A DNA stretch of 32,000 nt, taken from assembly GCA_963698035.1 (NCBI GenBank), contig OY969114.1, forward strand, positions 540,001 through 572,000. The letters run 5' to 3'. Below the pieces are notes generated by a model. The model was not told the origin of the DNA and ran no database searches. It saw nothing but the letters and a program-made list of their open reading frames with translations. Positions 7,964 to 15,838 of the stretch are shown one piece after another. This stretch comes from Candidatus Saccharimonadota bacterium (GTDB taxonomy: Archaea; Micrarchaeota; Micrarchaeia; Micrarchaeales; Micrarchaeaceae). Position numbers and translations under genes: made by a program. Numbering within the stretch: the stretch's first letter is position 1; the number at the start of each line of letters is the position of its first letter.

Positions 7964-8053
7964 ATCCTCTTTCTACCGCTTCTGAAAGGCCTGCAACTGG
8001 CGGTAGCCATTTTATAACTTAGCTCATATCAGATAACACAACCGAGTGATTGC
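7964..8053 (+). promoter_or_regulatory. Conserved intergenic module (repeated at 22919-23008), including TATA-like ATTTTATAAC (8009-8018) and the leader 'ACACAACCGAGTGATTGC' before the start codon
   Basis: I aligned it by eye with 22919-23008 at a constant offset of 14955, roughly 85% identical. The TATA-like box lies about 40 nt upstream of the ATG at 8054. 'GAGTGAT' is a possible Shine-Dalgarno-like element. Confidence 0.5.
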
Positions 8054-9673
8054 ATGGCCAGATGGATCAGGGCGCAGAGCGCAATGGAGTATCTCACCAC
8101 GTACGGTTGGGCCATATTGATAATCGGCGTGGTTATCGCGCTTCTTGCAGCTATGGGGGTGTTCAGCCCCAACACCTATGTAAGCAATAGCTGCCTGCTG
8201 CCTGCCCAATTCCGCTGCATCACCGCAGTCCTCTCGGCCAACGGAATACTTTCCATCTCCATGCAGCAGAACACCGGCGATCCGATAAATGTTACCGCGC
8301 TCTACTGCAACAGCGGGCAGTCGATACCGACAAACACGTTAGCCATAACTAAGAAGTATCCTGGCATAGGCGGAAACGCCATCTATCTCGGCATAGGCGG
8401 AAACGCCACCTTCTCAGTACCATGCTTCCTCAGTTCGAACACGGAGTTCAGCGGCACGATAGGGACCATTTATCAAGGTTACCTGTTAATAAACTACACA
8501 GACATACCTACCTCTTTCATGTACACAACTGCCGGCTCTTTGGTGCTGAAGGTCGCGCAGGTGTCCACCACATCCATCATAGCCTCCCTCTCTTCCACTT
8601 CAATCTCCACCTCCATCTCCTCCACCACCCTTAAATCCTCTACAACCACTACAACTATACCTTATGTCCCTCTAACGTTGACAAATTCGCAAAGCACAGC
8701 CACATCTTCAAACTTCCAGCAGAGTGTAACCGTTACACCGAGTGCCTGCTCTGGATGTTACCCATACATAAACGCCAACTGGTCGAATGTCGAGTTCAGC
8801 ACCGGAGTCGGATCGAGTGGTCCGAGCGGCCCATTAGATGCATGGATAGAGAGCGGGGCAAGCAATACAGCCGCAAGCACACTCATCTGGGTCAATCTGA
8901 CCTCGAGTACAATAGCAGGAAGCGGAGGAACCCTCACAATATATATGAGCTTCATGCCGACTACTTCTCCTGTGACAAGTGGTTATACCGGCTACGCCCC
9001 ACAGTTCTTCTGTGCAAGCGGCTGTGCGCAAACCAGCTATGGTCAGTATGACAATGGGGAGAGTGTATTCACATACTACCAGCCTTTCGGCGGCCTTTCA
9101 ACCCTGCCTACAGGCTGGACACTGAGTGCAGGTGCAGACACGTTTTTGGCTAATTATACCACCATCAATGACATCGGCACCACGAGGGCAGGCTTATACT
9201 CGAATGTAGTATCAACAGAGCAAGTAAGCAACTTCCCAGTCAATATTGATGTATTCTCGAACCTCACACGGGGTGTGGTAGGCTCCGGAGCTGACGTGGG
9301 TGAATTTGGCTTGAGCTCAGGAACCATGACATCATCAACTTGTGGTATAGCTTATTATACGATTGTGGGAGTGACAAGTGCAAACAAGATAATAACTTGT
9401 ACTAAGAGCACGACCACAACCGGGAACACCGTAAGCTCATTGATACCCCAAGTATACTCTTTATATATACCGAGCAATTTAAGCTTCTCCGGGCTTTTCT
9501 CATACAGCAATCCAATAACAGGAACTATAACCGCTGTAGGTTCAGGAAATGATATCAAACAGTCAATAACAACATCATCCAACACTGTAAGTATGCCAAT
9601 ATATTGGATAAGGACAAGGGAACCTCCTCCAAACAATATCCAGCCCGCAGTCAGCTTCGGCTCTTTTGTCTAG
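8054..9673 (+). CDS. Class III signal-peptide protein: pilin-like N-domain + Ser/Thr-rich linker + large DUF2341/LamG(ConA)-like lectin-type C-terminal region (putative pilus-borne adhesin)
   Basis: The N-terminus is 'MARWIRA|QSAMEYLTTYGWAILIIGVVIALL' (R at -2, A at -1, Q at +1, E at +5). The linker is 'VSTTSIIASLSSTSISTSISSTTLKSSTTTTT'. The following region, 'IPYVPLTLTNSQSTATSSNFQQSVTV...NVEFS...LDAWIESG...STLIWVNL..IAGSGGTLTIYMSF...YDNGESVF', matches the DUF2341 pattern as I remember it. By my count there are at least 8 N-x-S/T sequons. Confidence 0.75.
   Translation: MARWIRAQSAMEYLTTYGWAILIIGVVIALLAAMGVFSPNTYVSNSCLLPAQFRCITAVLSANGILSISMQQNTGDPINVTALYCNSGQSIPTNTLAITKKYPGIGGNAIYLGIGGNATFSVPCFLSSNTEFSGTIGTIYQGYLLINYTDIPTSFMYTTAGSLVLKVAQVSTTSIIASLSSTSISTSISSTTLKSSTTTTTIPYVPLTLTNSQSTATSSNFQQSVTVTPSACSGCYPYINANWSNVEFSTGVGSSGPSGPLDAWIESGASNTAASTLIWVNLTSSTIAGSGGTLTIYMSFMPTTSPVTSGYTGYAPQFFCASGCAQTSYGQYDNGESVFTYYQPFGGLSTLPTGWTLSAGADTFLANYTTINDIGTTRAGLYSNVVSTEQVSNFPVNIDVFSNLTRGVVGSGADVGEFGLSSGTMTSSTCGIAYYTIVGVTSANKIITCTKSTTTTGNTVSSLIPQVYSLYIPSNLSFSGLFSYSNPITGTITAVGSGNDIKQSITTSSNTVSMPIYWIRTREPPPNNIQPAVSFGSFV
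8642..9118 (+). repeat. 477-bp block that appears 100% identical to 23599-24075 (direct orientation, offset 14957)
   Basis: I compared the two blocks base by base by eye. The alternative-frame ORFs 8755-9051, 8758-8955 and 8834-9031 have peptides identical to their counterparts at 23712-24008, 23715-23912 and 23791-23988. Confidence 0.9.
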
Positions 9674-9835
9674 CGAGCGCAGAGCTTGAACTGTCCAGAG
9701 TCCTCTTCCTACTGCTCCTGAATGGCCTGAAAGATACCTGTTGCCTCTGAAGAACTTGGAGAAGAATTCCACGTAGGTAAGCCTTGCGCCTTGTATCCCG
9801 GAGTCAAGAGTGTAATTAGGAAGGTCACACACTAG

Positions 9836-10714
9836 TCATACTGGCACAAGAAGCAGCAGTATCACATTGCCAAGGAGAATAGAAGCCACTACGCCCACAA
9901 ATATCGGCGCAGCTAGCGGAATCGCATTCTTGTAGACCGGTATCTTCAATGTTATTCTCTTGCCCCTGAGCTGACCTATCAGCCTCTTTGTTGCGAGCCT
10001 GTCGAATCCCTTTACTTTGGCGCGCATCCTATCTATGGCGCTCCGCGTCATCAGGTTTATCGCTATCATGTCTCCTTCCTCAATCCCCTTATAGTTGAGG
10101 TATTTCACCATGGACATGGTAATCGGCTTTTCGAAGAGTACGACAGAAACGGAGCCGAGCATCATCAGTATAAGAAGAGCTATCCCCGCAACGCCCACGC
10201 CAACCTCAAAGATGAGGAAAGCGGCAAACACGAGATAGACTGCACCTACAGCAAGCGCCTTAAGCAGGTCCTTCCTCCCTATTTCCTTACCTATCCGCAT
10301 GCCCCTCACCTTCGCTCTTGGTATATAATACAAAGGAACCGCGACAAGTGCGGCGATGCCGCCGCCCATGAAGACCGAGACTATGAACGGTATGCCAAAT
10401 TGTGGTATGTTAAAGAGAAGCGGCACTGCCTGGAACGGCAGTATGAGCGACAGCGCAGCAAACTCGAAGACGTCACCCGCTCCCAGGTAACCAGCTCTGT
10501 ATACAAGGTATCCGAGGCCCAATACTACCGTCGCTATTACGACGCTGAAGGCTATCGCAGAGGCGTTTAGGTACAGTACCGTAAGAAGGAGTCCGTACGC
10601 CACACTTCCATATGCGAATAGCTCCGGAATATTCCTCTTGTTGAAGAGGTCGAAGAGCATATATACTAGCGCGATAGCCACGAGGCTTACAAGCCTGAGC
10701 ACCAGTAACTCCAT
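9836..10714 (-). CDS. A24-family aspartic prepilin/preflagellin peptidase (PibD/FlaK/EppA-like)
   Basis: The two catalytic-Asp motifs are at canonical spacing: D22 in 'YMLFDLFNKRNIP' and D81 in 'YLGAGDVFEF' (GxGD). It is a polytopic membrane protein with a soluble insert (residues ~200-250), as in FlaK. It lies adjacent to class III signal-peptide genes. Confidence 0.82.
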   Translation of the reverse strand: MELLVLRLVSLVAIALVYMLFDLFNKRNIPELFAYGSVAYGLLLTVLYLNASAIAFSVVIATVVLGLGYLVYRAGYLGAGDVFEFAALSLILPFQAVPLLFNIPQFGIPFIVSVFMGGGIAALVAVPLYYIPRAKVRGMRIGKEIGRKDLLKALAVGAVYLVFAAFLIFEVGVGVAGIALLILMMLGSVSVVLFEKPITMSMVKYLNYKGIEEGDMIAINLMTRSAIDRMRAKVKGFDRLATKRLIGQLRGKRITLKIPVYKNAIPLAAPIFVGVVASILLGNVILLLLVPV

Positions 10715-10789
10715 AAAATCAAATCATATCAGAAGGCAAAATATATATCTTTGCGTTGAAAGACAATACTTGTGCTTGCGTGAGTTGCG

Positions 10790-13675
10790 ATGATAGATTA
10801 CGCTGAGATAGAGAAGAGATGGCAGAAGGCGTGGCAGGATGCAAAGGTCTTTGAGCCCGAGCCTAACGAAAAGGAGGGTTTCATGGTTATCAACGCCTTT
10901 CCGTATGTTAATGCTCCGTTTCATGTGGGTCATTACAGAGCATATGGAACCGCCGATACTTATGCAAGATACCTCCGAATGCGCGGCTACAATGTGCTGT
11001 TTCCATTTGGTTTCCACGCAACCGGCACACCTCTCACTGCATTTGCAAGAAGAATAGCCGTGAAAGACAGAGAACTATTCTATGAGCTTGAGCAAATATA
11101 CCATATCCCACACGAAGAAGTCATGAAAATGACAGACCCTGCTTACATAGCAGATTACATGATCAAAAGACAGGAGGCAATACTAAAAATGAGCGGGCTT
11201 GGAATAGACTGGGAAAGAAAATTCACAACAATAGACCCGCTATTTAGCAAAATGATAGAATGGCAGTTCAATAAGCTCTACAAAAAAGGGTATCTCATAA
11301 AAGGCGAGCATCCAGTGGCGTGGTGCACGCTTGAAAACCATGCGGTAGGAGAAAACGACACGAAAGGGGACGTCCACCCAAAAATAGAAGAGATTGTCGT
11401 GATAAAATTCAAGGACATCTCATCCGACGTATATTTCCCCTGCGCCACGTACAGGCCAGAGACAATATACGGGGCAACAAACATATTCGTGAACCAGGAA
11501 CTTACATACAATATAGCAGAGGTAAATGGCGCAAGGTATTACATGTCAAAAGACGCGGTATTCGCGTTGGCTAACCAGCTTGAAATAAAAATAATCGGCG
11601 AAATAAAAGGCAGCGAGCTTCTATCAAAGAAAGTGATAAATCCGGTCACAAAGGAGGAGATACCAGTTCTTCCAGGATTTTTTGTAAAAGCAGATGTAGG
11701 AACTGGAATTGTGATGAGCGTACCGAGCCACGCTCCCTTTGATTATGTTGCAATAGAGAGACTTAAGGCGAGCAACTATCCTGTTCCAAAAATAGAATAC
11801 AAGAAAATAATAGACATATCTGAAGATAAGGGCTTAAAAATAGGAAGGAGTCTTGCTGAAACGCAGGAATCTGGAGGGAAAGTTCTTCATCCAGAAATAC
11901 CGGCGCTCGCGTATCTAGAGCTTCTGAGTTCTGACCCCAATGCGCTAGACTCAATAATAGAAAAGGCGACAAAATTGATTTATAAAGAGGAATCAAGATG
12001 GGGAGTCATGCTTGTTGGTAAATATGCTGGCAAGAAAGAGGTAGAGGGCAGGGAAGGTCTCAAAAAAGATCTTGTTGAAAGCGGAGATGCGTTTCTAACC
12101 TATGAAATAGCAAACGAGGAACAGGTCCTTTGCAAGGATGGGACAGTGGTGGTTGTAAAAGTCGTGAACGATCAATGGTTTATAAACTATGGAGATAAGG
12201 CATGGAAGGAGGGAGTTAGAGGAAAGCTTAGCCTCCTGAAAATATACCCCCCGAAGCTGCGAGCAACCGTAGAAACTGCAGTTGACTGGTTGGATCTGAG
12301 AGCTGCGGAACGCGCCCACGGCCTTGGCACAAAATTCCCACTGAATCCAGACCATATAATCGAATCGCTATCAGATTCAACGATCTACATGGTATTCTAC
12401 ACCTTTATCCATTTGCTACGCTCCGCAAAAGTTACCCCAGAGCAACTTAAGCCAAAGTTTTTCGATTATGTGCTCTGCTCAATGGGCGGTCTTGCTGAGG
12501 CGGCAAGCGACACGGGAATAGATGAAGCGACAATAAAACGGTGCAAGGAATCTTTTGAGTACTGGTACAAGAAAACTTCCAGCCACACGGCAACGGAGCA
12601 CATATTCAACCACATAACCATGTATTTGTATAACCACCAAGCTTTGCTCCCAGAGCAGTATTTCCCAAAGCAGGTCGCGATAAACGGGATGCTGCTTTAT
12701 GAAGGAGAAAAGATGAGCAAAAGCCTGGGGAATCTTGTCCCGCTAGAAGACGGAATAGCAAAATATGGCGCAGACCAGCTTAGAGCAGTGTGCATAGCAA
12801 GTTCGGAGCTGGACAGCACGAATGATTTCGTATCATCTATAGCATTTGGCATATCACAGAAAAACGAGTTCCTTATTGGAACCGTCGATGCATTAAATGA
12901 GATGAGCGGCGTGGAGCTCGATAACAAAGACTATTGGCTTTATTCAAAGCTAAACACGAAGATAAAAAGGGCAACAGAATACATGGACGATGTCGAGTTC
13001 AGAGGTGCCTTCACAGAAATATTCTATAATTCTATAACCGAATTGAAATTATACCTAGAAAGAGGCGGCAAAAACCAGATAGTAATAAGAGAACTGCTCG
13101 AGAGCGTTGCTCTGATGCTGTCCCCAATAATGCCGCACTTCTCCGAGGAACTCTGGCATATGCTGGGTAATAACACTCTAGCAGCGCAATCCCGTTGGCC
13201 AACGGCAAATCCAGAGATGATAAACGAAAAAGTGGAAGAGGTAGAAAACATAATATCAAGCACGATAGATGACATAAACAATGCAATAGCACTTACATCA
13301 AAGATGGCTTCAAACAATGGCAAAATGATAAAGGAGATAAAGATAATAATTGCCGAGGATTGGAAGAGAAAGGCGCTCAATTCACTGATCGAAAAGAAAG
13401 AGATTGGACAGGTGATTAGAGAGAAAGAATTCGCAAACCTTGACAAGGAAATGTTCTCCAAATTCCTATCGCAGTTTATGAAAAAGATTGCAACATTGCA
13501 CAAGCTCCCCGAAATAACAAGCGACGAGCTTTATGCCGGATTCGTAAGCGCCAAAGATTACATAAAAAAGAAGAACAGTGCAGAGATAACTATAGAAAAA
13601 GAGAATCTATCGAAATCGTCAAGGGCCTCAAGGGCACTTCCAGGCAAGCCAGGTATTGAGGTGGTGTGGGAATGA
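10790..13675 (+). CDS. leuS: Leucyl-tRNA synthetase (archaeal type)
   Basis: 961 aa. The class I signatures are 'PFHVGHYRAY' (HIGH-type) and 'EKMSKSLGN' (KMSKS). The N-terminal 'IEKRWQKAWQDAKVFE' is typical of LeuRS. Confidence 0.97.
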   Translation: MIDYAEIEKRWQKAWQDAKVFEPEPNEKEGFMVINAFPYVNAPFHVGHYRAYGTADTYARYLRMRGYNVLFPFGFHATGTPLTAFARRIAVKDRELFYELEQIYHIPHEEVMKMTDPAYIADYMIKRQEAILKMSGLGIDWERKFTTIDPLFSKMIEWQFNKLYKKGYLIKGEHPVAWCTLENHAVGENDTKGDVHPKIEEIVVIKFKDISSDVYFPCATYRPETIYGATNIFVNQELTYNIAEVNGARYYMSKDAVFALANQLEIKIIGEIKGSELLSKKVINPVTKEEIPVLPGFFVKADVGTGIVMSVPSHAPFDYVAIERLKASNYPVPKIEYKKIIDISEDKGLKIGRSLAETQESGGKVLHPEIPALAYLELLSSDPNALDSIIEKATKLIYKEESRWGVMLVGKYAGKKEVEGREGLKKDLVESGDAFLTYEIANEEQVLCKDGTVVVVKVVNDQWFINYGDKAWKEGVRGKLSLLKIYPPKLRATVETAVDWLDLRAAERAHGLGTKFPLNPDHIIESLSDSTIYMVFYTFIHLLRSAKVTPEQLKPKFFDYVLCSMGGLAEAASDTGIDEATIKRCKESFEYWYKKTSSHTATEHIFNHITMYLYNHQALLPEQYFPKQVAINGMLLYEGEKMSKSLGNLVPLEDGIAKYGADQLRAVCIASSELDSTNDFVSSIAFGISQKNEFLIGTVDALNEMSGVELDNKDYWLYSKLNTKIKRATEYMDDVEFRGAFTEIFYNSITELKLYLERGGKNQIVIRELLESVALMLSPIMPHFSEELWHMLGNNTLAAQSRWPTANPEMINEKVEEVENIISSTIDDINNAIALTSKMASNNGKMIKEIKIIIAEDWKRKALNSLIEKKEIGQVIREKEFANLDKEMFSKFLSQFMKKIATLHKLPEITSDELYAGFVSAKDYIKKKNSAEITIEKENLSKSSRASRALPGKPGIEVVWE

Positions 13676-14349
13676 GCGGCACCCTCCACCTCGCAAAAAG
13701 ATACGACACCTTCATATTCGACTGGGACGGGACGCTTACCACGACAAAGCTGTTGCGCAAACTCAACGAAAAATTAAATCCGCATTGGCTCTACAAAAAG
13801 AAAAAGAGCACCCAGATGATCGACAGGTATTCGATAAGCATGCCGAAGAACCTGAACACCCTTAAGGCCAAGGTCATACGGAGGCACATTAGAAATGTCG
13901 CTTTGGAGAACGAACTCATCTCGCCCCTAGCTGACATATCTGTCTATTTTATCAGGCCGAAGCTGCATAACGATGTCAGGCGTCTTCTTGAGATTCTCAG
14001 GAAAAAGCGAATATCGATCGCGCTCTTCACGAACGGGGCACCCTACAGAGTAGTGAAAGAGCTCTCCTACCTTGGCATAGAGGACTACTTCTCTGCAATA
14101 GCCAGCGCGCAGTCTCTTGGCGCGCTCAAACCCAACCCGCTGGGCCTGAATGCCATAATAAACTCGCTCGGTGCAAGAAAGCGGAGCACAATATATGTGG
14201 GTGACATGGTAAACGACATAGAGGCCGCTAAATATGCAGGTATAGACTCGTGCGCACTGAGCTCCGGTTTCGACAGCTACAAGAGGCTGCGCAGCGCGAG
14301 CCCAAAATACCTCTTCGGCAGCGTCGAGCAGTTGATGGGCGCATTGTGA
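13672..14349 (+). CDS. HAD-superfamily hydrolase (phosphoglycolate phosphatase-like)
   Basis: Motif I is 'FIFDWDGTL' and motif IV is 'YVGDMVNDIEAAKYAGI'. The ATG at 13672 overlaps the leuS stop in an ATGA arrangement. Confidence 0.8.
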   Translation: MSGTLHLAKRYDTFIFDWDGTLTTTKLLRKLNEKLNPHWLYKKKKSTQMIDRYSISMPKNLNTLKAKVIRRHIRNVALENELISPLADISVYFIRPKLHNDVRRLLEILRKKRISIALFTNGAPYRVVKELSYLGIEDYFSAIASAQSLGALKPNPLGLNAIINSLGARKRSTIYVGDMVNDIEAAKYAGIDSCALSSGFDSYKRLRSASPKYLFGSVEQLMGAL

Positions 14350-14474
14350 CCCTCCGGCATTCCGATTCAATCGAACCGAATACAGAAAGTTATTTAAAGA
14401 TAGATTTCCAATAGGGCACTACATATACGGAGTAAGGCGGTTTCAGCGCTAATTCTACGTATGAGACGGATAGA

Positions 14475-14741
14475 ATGGAGGACGAATTTGGAGACCAAGG
14501 AGGAGAGAGAAGAGAGCGAAGAGGAGGAATGAACATCAAGTCCAACTACTTCCTGCCGAAGCCTGTAAAGATAGGCGATGAGGTGGAGGTGACCGTAGAG
14601 GCCGTGGCCTCGAAGGGCGACGGAATAGCAAAGAAGGACGGCTTTGTTATCTTTATCAAGGGCGCCAAGGAGGGCGATAAGGTGAAGGTAAGGATAAGCG
14701 ACGTCAAGGCAAGGTTTGCAATCGGGGACATAATCCAGTAA
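14475..14741 (+). CDS. Small TRAM-domain RNA-binding protein
   Basis: 88 aa. An Arg/Gly/Glu-rich N-terminus is followed by 'PKPVKIGDEVEVTVEAVASKGDGIAKKDGFVIFIKGAKEGDKVKVRISDV', the typical archaeal stand-alone TRAM pattern. Confidence 0.8.
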   Translation: MEDEFGDQGGERRERRGGMNIKSNYFLPKPVKIGDEVEVTVEAVASKGDGIAKKDGFVIFIKGAKEGDKVKVRISDVKARFAIGDIIQ

Positions 14742-14796
14742 AGCTGATTCCTGTCCGCACCATTGCGCCAGGCCTGCTGCAGAAGTGAGTGTTTCA

Positions 14797-15261
14797 ATGG
14801 CACGCATGCACACCAAGAAGAAGGGCAAGTCTAGTTCGCGGAAACCGCTCATCGAGAGCGCAAGCAATGATAGCGGCCTGAGCAAGGAGCAAATAGAGGA
14901 GCTCATAGCAGGGTATGCAAAACAGGGTATGGATCCCGCCCTGATAGGCGAGAAGCTGAAGAGGGAGCACAAGGTACTCTACATAAGGAAGGCTACAGGG
15001 ATGAGGATGCTGCAGATACTGCAGGAGAAGAAGCTCGCCGGCAGCATACCATCGGACATGTTGCAGCTGATGAAGAAGGCTGTCAACATGAGGTCGCACC
15101 TGGCATCAAACACGCGCGACACGCACAACAGGATAAGGCTCGGCAGGGTAGAATCGAAGATATGGAGGCTTGCGAAGTACTATATGCGCAGCGGAAGGCT
15201 CCCGAAAGGCTGGAGGTACGATCCAAAGCAGGCTGAGCTTCTTATAAGGGGTAAGGCGTAA
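14797..15261 (+). CDS. rps15: 30S ribosomal protein S15 (uS15 / S13e type)
   Basis: It carries 'MARMHTKKKGKSSSRKP' and the C-terminal 'HLASNTRDTHNRIRLGRVESKIWRLAKYY'. The ATG at 14797 is preferred to the GTG at 14785. Confidence 0.93.
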   Translation: MARMHTKKKGKSSSRKPLIESASNDSGLSKEQIEELIAGYAKQGMDPALIGEKLKREHKVLYIRKATGMRMLQILQEKKLAGSIPSDMLQLMKKAVNMRSHLASNTRDTHNRIRLGRVESKIWRLAKYYMRSGRLPKGWRYDPKQAELLIRGKA

Positions 15262-15263
15262 CC

Positions 15264-15833
15264 ATGGCGGTCCAAAGAGGGATAGACAAGTGGAAAACGA
15301 AGCGCTGGTTTACGGTCTACGCTCCCAAAATATTCAACGAAGAGAAGATATGCGAGATGCCCGCTGCCGACGAGAAGGCGGCGATGAACAGGAAGATAAA
15401 GGTCAGCCTCGATCAGCTCACCCACAACCCCCAACATGCGGCTTCGAACGTGGTGCTAAGGATCGTGGACGTCAACGGCGACGCAGCCCACACCAGACTG
15501 GTGATGATAGAGCAGGTCTACAGCTACATAAGGTCGCTTGTAAGGAGGTACAGGAGCGTGGCCTCGGCCGTGATTCCGATAAGCTCGAAGGACAACGTGA
15601 AGATGACTGTAAAGATAATAGCTATAACCAGGGAGAGGGTGACCACATCGAGACTCAAGGCGATAAGGAAGAGCCTCTTCGATTTCATAACAAGCTATTC
15701 AAAGGAGAACGACTCCGCCGCGATAGTCAGCTCGCTTATCGACGGCAGCCTGCAAGCAGGAGTGGGTGCGAAGGTCTCGAACATAACCCCGATCAACAAG
15801 ATAGAAATAAGGAAGCTGGAGATCGCATCCTGA
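15264..15833 (+). CDS. rps3ae: 30S ribosomal protein S3Ae (eS1)
   Basis: The N-terminus 'KWKTKRWFTVYAPKIFNEEKICEMPA' is diagnostic. It is 189 aa and starts 3 nt after rps15. Confidence 0.93.
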   Translation: MAVQRGIDKWKTKRWFTVYAPKIFNEEKICEMPAADEKAAMNRKIKVSLDQLTHNPQHAASNVVLRIVDVNGDAAHTRLVMIEQVYSYIRSLVRRYRSVASAVIPISSKDNVKMTVKIIAITRERVTTSRLKAIRKSLFDFITSYSKENDSAAIVSSLIDGSLQAGVGAKVSNITPINKIEIRKLEIAS

Positions 15834-15838
15834 CCATA

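Noticed and set aside
9575-9832. 85-aa minus-strand ORF in the convergent spacer between the adhesin-like gene and the peptidase gene
   Set aside because: It overlaps the adhesin 3' end and consists largely of the conserved non-coding flank repeated at other pilin gene boundaries. It has no family resemblance.
13024-13503. 159-aa minus-strand ORF inside leuS, and 4544-5011 (155 aa) antisense to rps9
   Set aside because: These are shadow ORFs produced by AT-rich (leuS) or GC-rich low-complexity (rps9 extension) coding sequence on the opposite strand.
14394-14972. 192-aa minus-strand ORF spanning the TRAM gene and the start of rps15
   Set aside because: It is antisense to two well-supported genes and crosses their intergenic region. 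It has no recognisable domain.
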